Origin: Auanema rhodensis
Lineage: Eukaryota > Animalia > Nematoda
NCBI GenBank assembly: GCA_964057225.1
Contig: OZ059897.1
Span: forward strand, 7,626,001-7,690,000
Reading direction: 5' to 3'
Length of the DNA stretch: 64,000 nt
This document shows positions 63,065 to 64,000 of the stretch, piece by piece. A model generated the notes under the pieces. It was not told the DNA's origin, did no database searches, and worked only from the letters and a program-made list of their open reading frames with translations. The translations under genes were made by a program, and so were the position numbers. Within the stretch, counting starts at the first letter, position 1, and every line of letters starts with the position of its first letter.

Positions 63065-64000
63065 TTCTGTGTGAGGCCAGGCAAATCGTTTAAGCAGAAA
63101 TATTAATCATAACGGGCCTCTCAAGACCCTATTCTTCTAATTTTGGATTCTCGCTATCTATTCAGTGAGGAAAATAAAAAGAATCTGATTCAGATAAGAG
63201 TTCATTCCAACATGAATTTCGACATTCTATTAAGAACCCCGATGGGTCCAATCCGCGGGTCCAAGTAGACTAAAAGAAAAATAGTGTACGTAACACAAGG
63301 CATATTAATAGTTTATCAGTGCAAAAGCATTGAAATTCCAACAAAAATGAAAATTTTCGAAACAATACAATTCAATACTGAAGATGATTAAAGAGAAGGA
63401 AATATCTGTAGAGAATCAGATGAAGACAGAAATCAAAGGATCCGAAGACTCATTTTGATGGACAGGCACTTTGGGTTAATATGCATAGTGATTAATAGCT
63501 AGAAGCTTTATCAGTATAAACAGAATATACTTTGAACTACTGTGCGTTGGTGCACCTAAAAGCTGTTGTTCTGAATTCCTAGACATCGTGGATATCGTGG
63601 GCGCTGTTGGCAATTTTCATTTTTGTTGAATTTCAATCGATATCATCTTTTTCCTATACATGTTGTTTTGATAATCAATATGGAATCGTTTATAGTTTTG
63701 ACTGTTACTTGTGATTCTCTATAGATATTTCCTTCTCTCTGATCATCTTCAGTATCAAATTGTATTGTTTTGAAAAAAAATTAGGTTGAAACTGAACTAT
63801 AATAGGCTTACGGTAGATGGGCGGAGTCAGATTGCTGTCCAGGATTTGAAAAACTCCTTCTCATTTACCATTCCGCATCGCTCAGCGAAGCACGCCTGTT
63901 CTTTTGCTCCTGAATCTCTCTCTCTCCCTCACACACATCTAAAAGAATCTTACACACCTTTCGTAAACATCCCACACGTAGCTCAGCATTCTCAGTTTTT

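Overview
AT-rich eukaryotic DNA, very probably nematode (Tc3-like transposase, BEL/Pao element with phlebovirus-type env, ~50-nt introns with TTTCAG/TTTAG acceptors). Most of the window is a head-to-tail array of a 259-bp unit carrying one tRNA-Lys(UUU) gene: about 123 full-length copies in five blocks (32, 58, 20, 8, 5), plus two half copies and one interrupted copy. The array is interrupted by (i) two complete but internally deleted Gypsy-type LTR elements (A at 9048-12360, minus; B at 27519-30211, plus) that share a tRNA-Gln PBS, 4-bp TSDs and non-canonical LTR ends in -AACG, plus a probable third LTR family at the left edge; (ii) a nested block at 35.5-46.0 kb made of a second, truncated A copy, a 690-bp inverted duplication, and a decayed BEL/Pao endogenous retrovirus whose Gn/Gc-like envelope is interrupted by a TIR-less but intact Tc3-like transposase gene; (iii) from 48 kb on, a segmentally duplicated mosaic of a 163-164-bp satellite, LTR-element fragments and a 1944-bp tandem unit. 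That unit carries a five-exon Cys-rich gene fragment on the strand opposite to the ORF-track calls. All counts and coordinates were made by eye.
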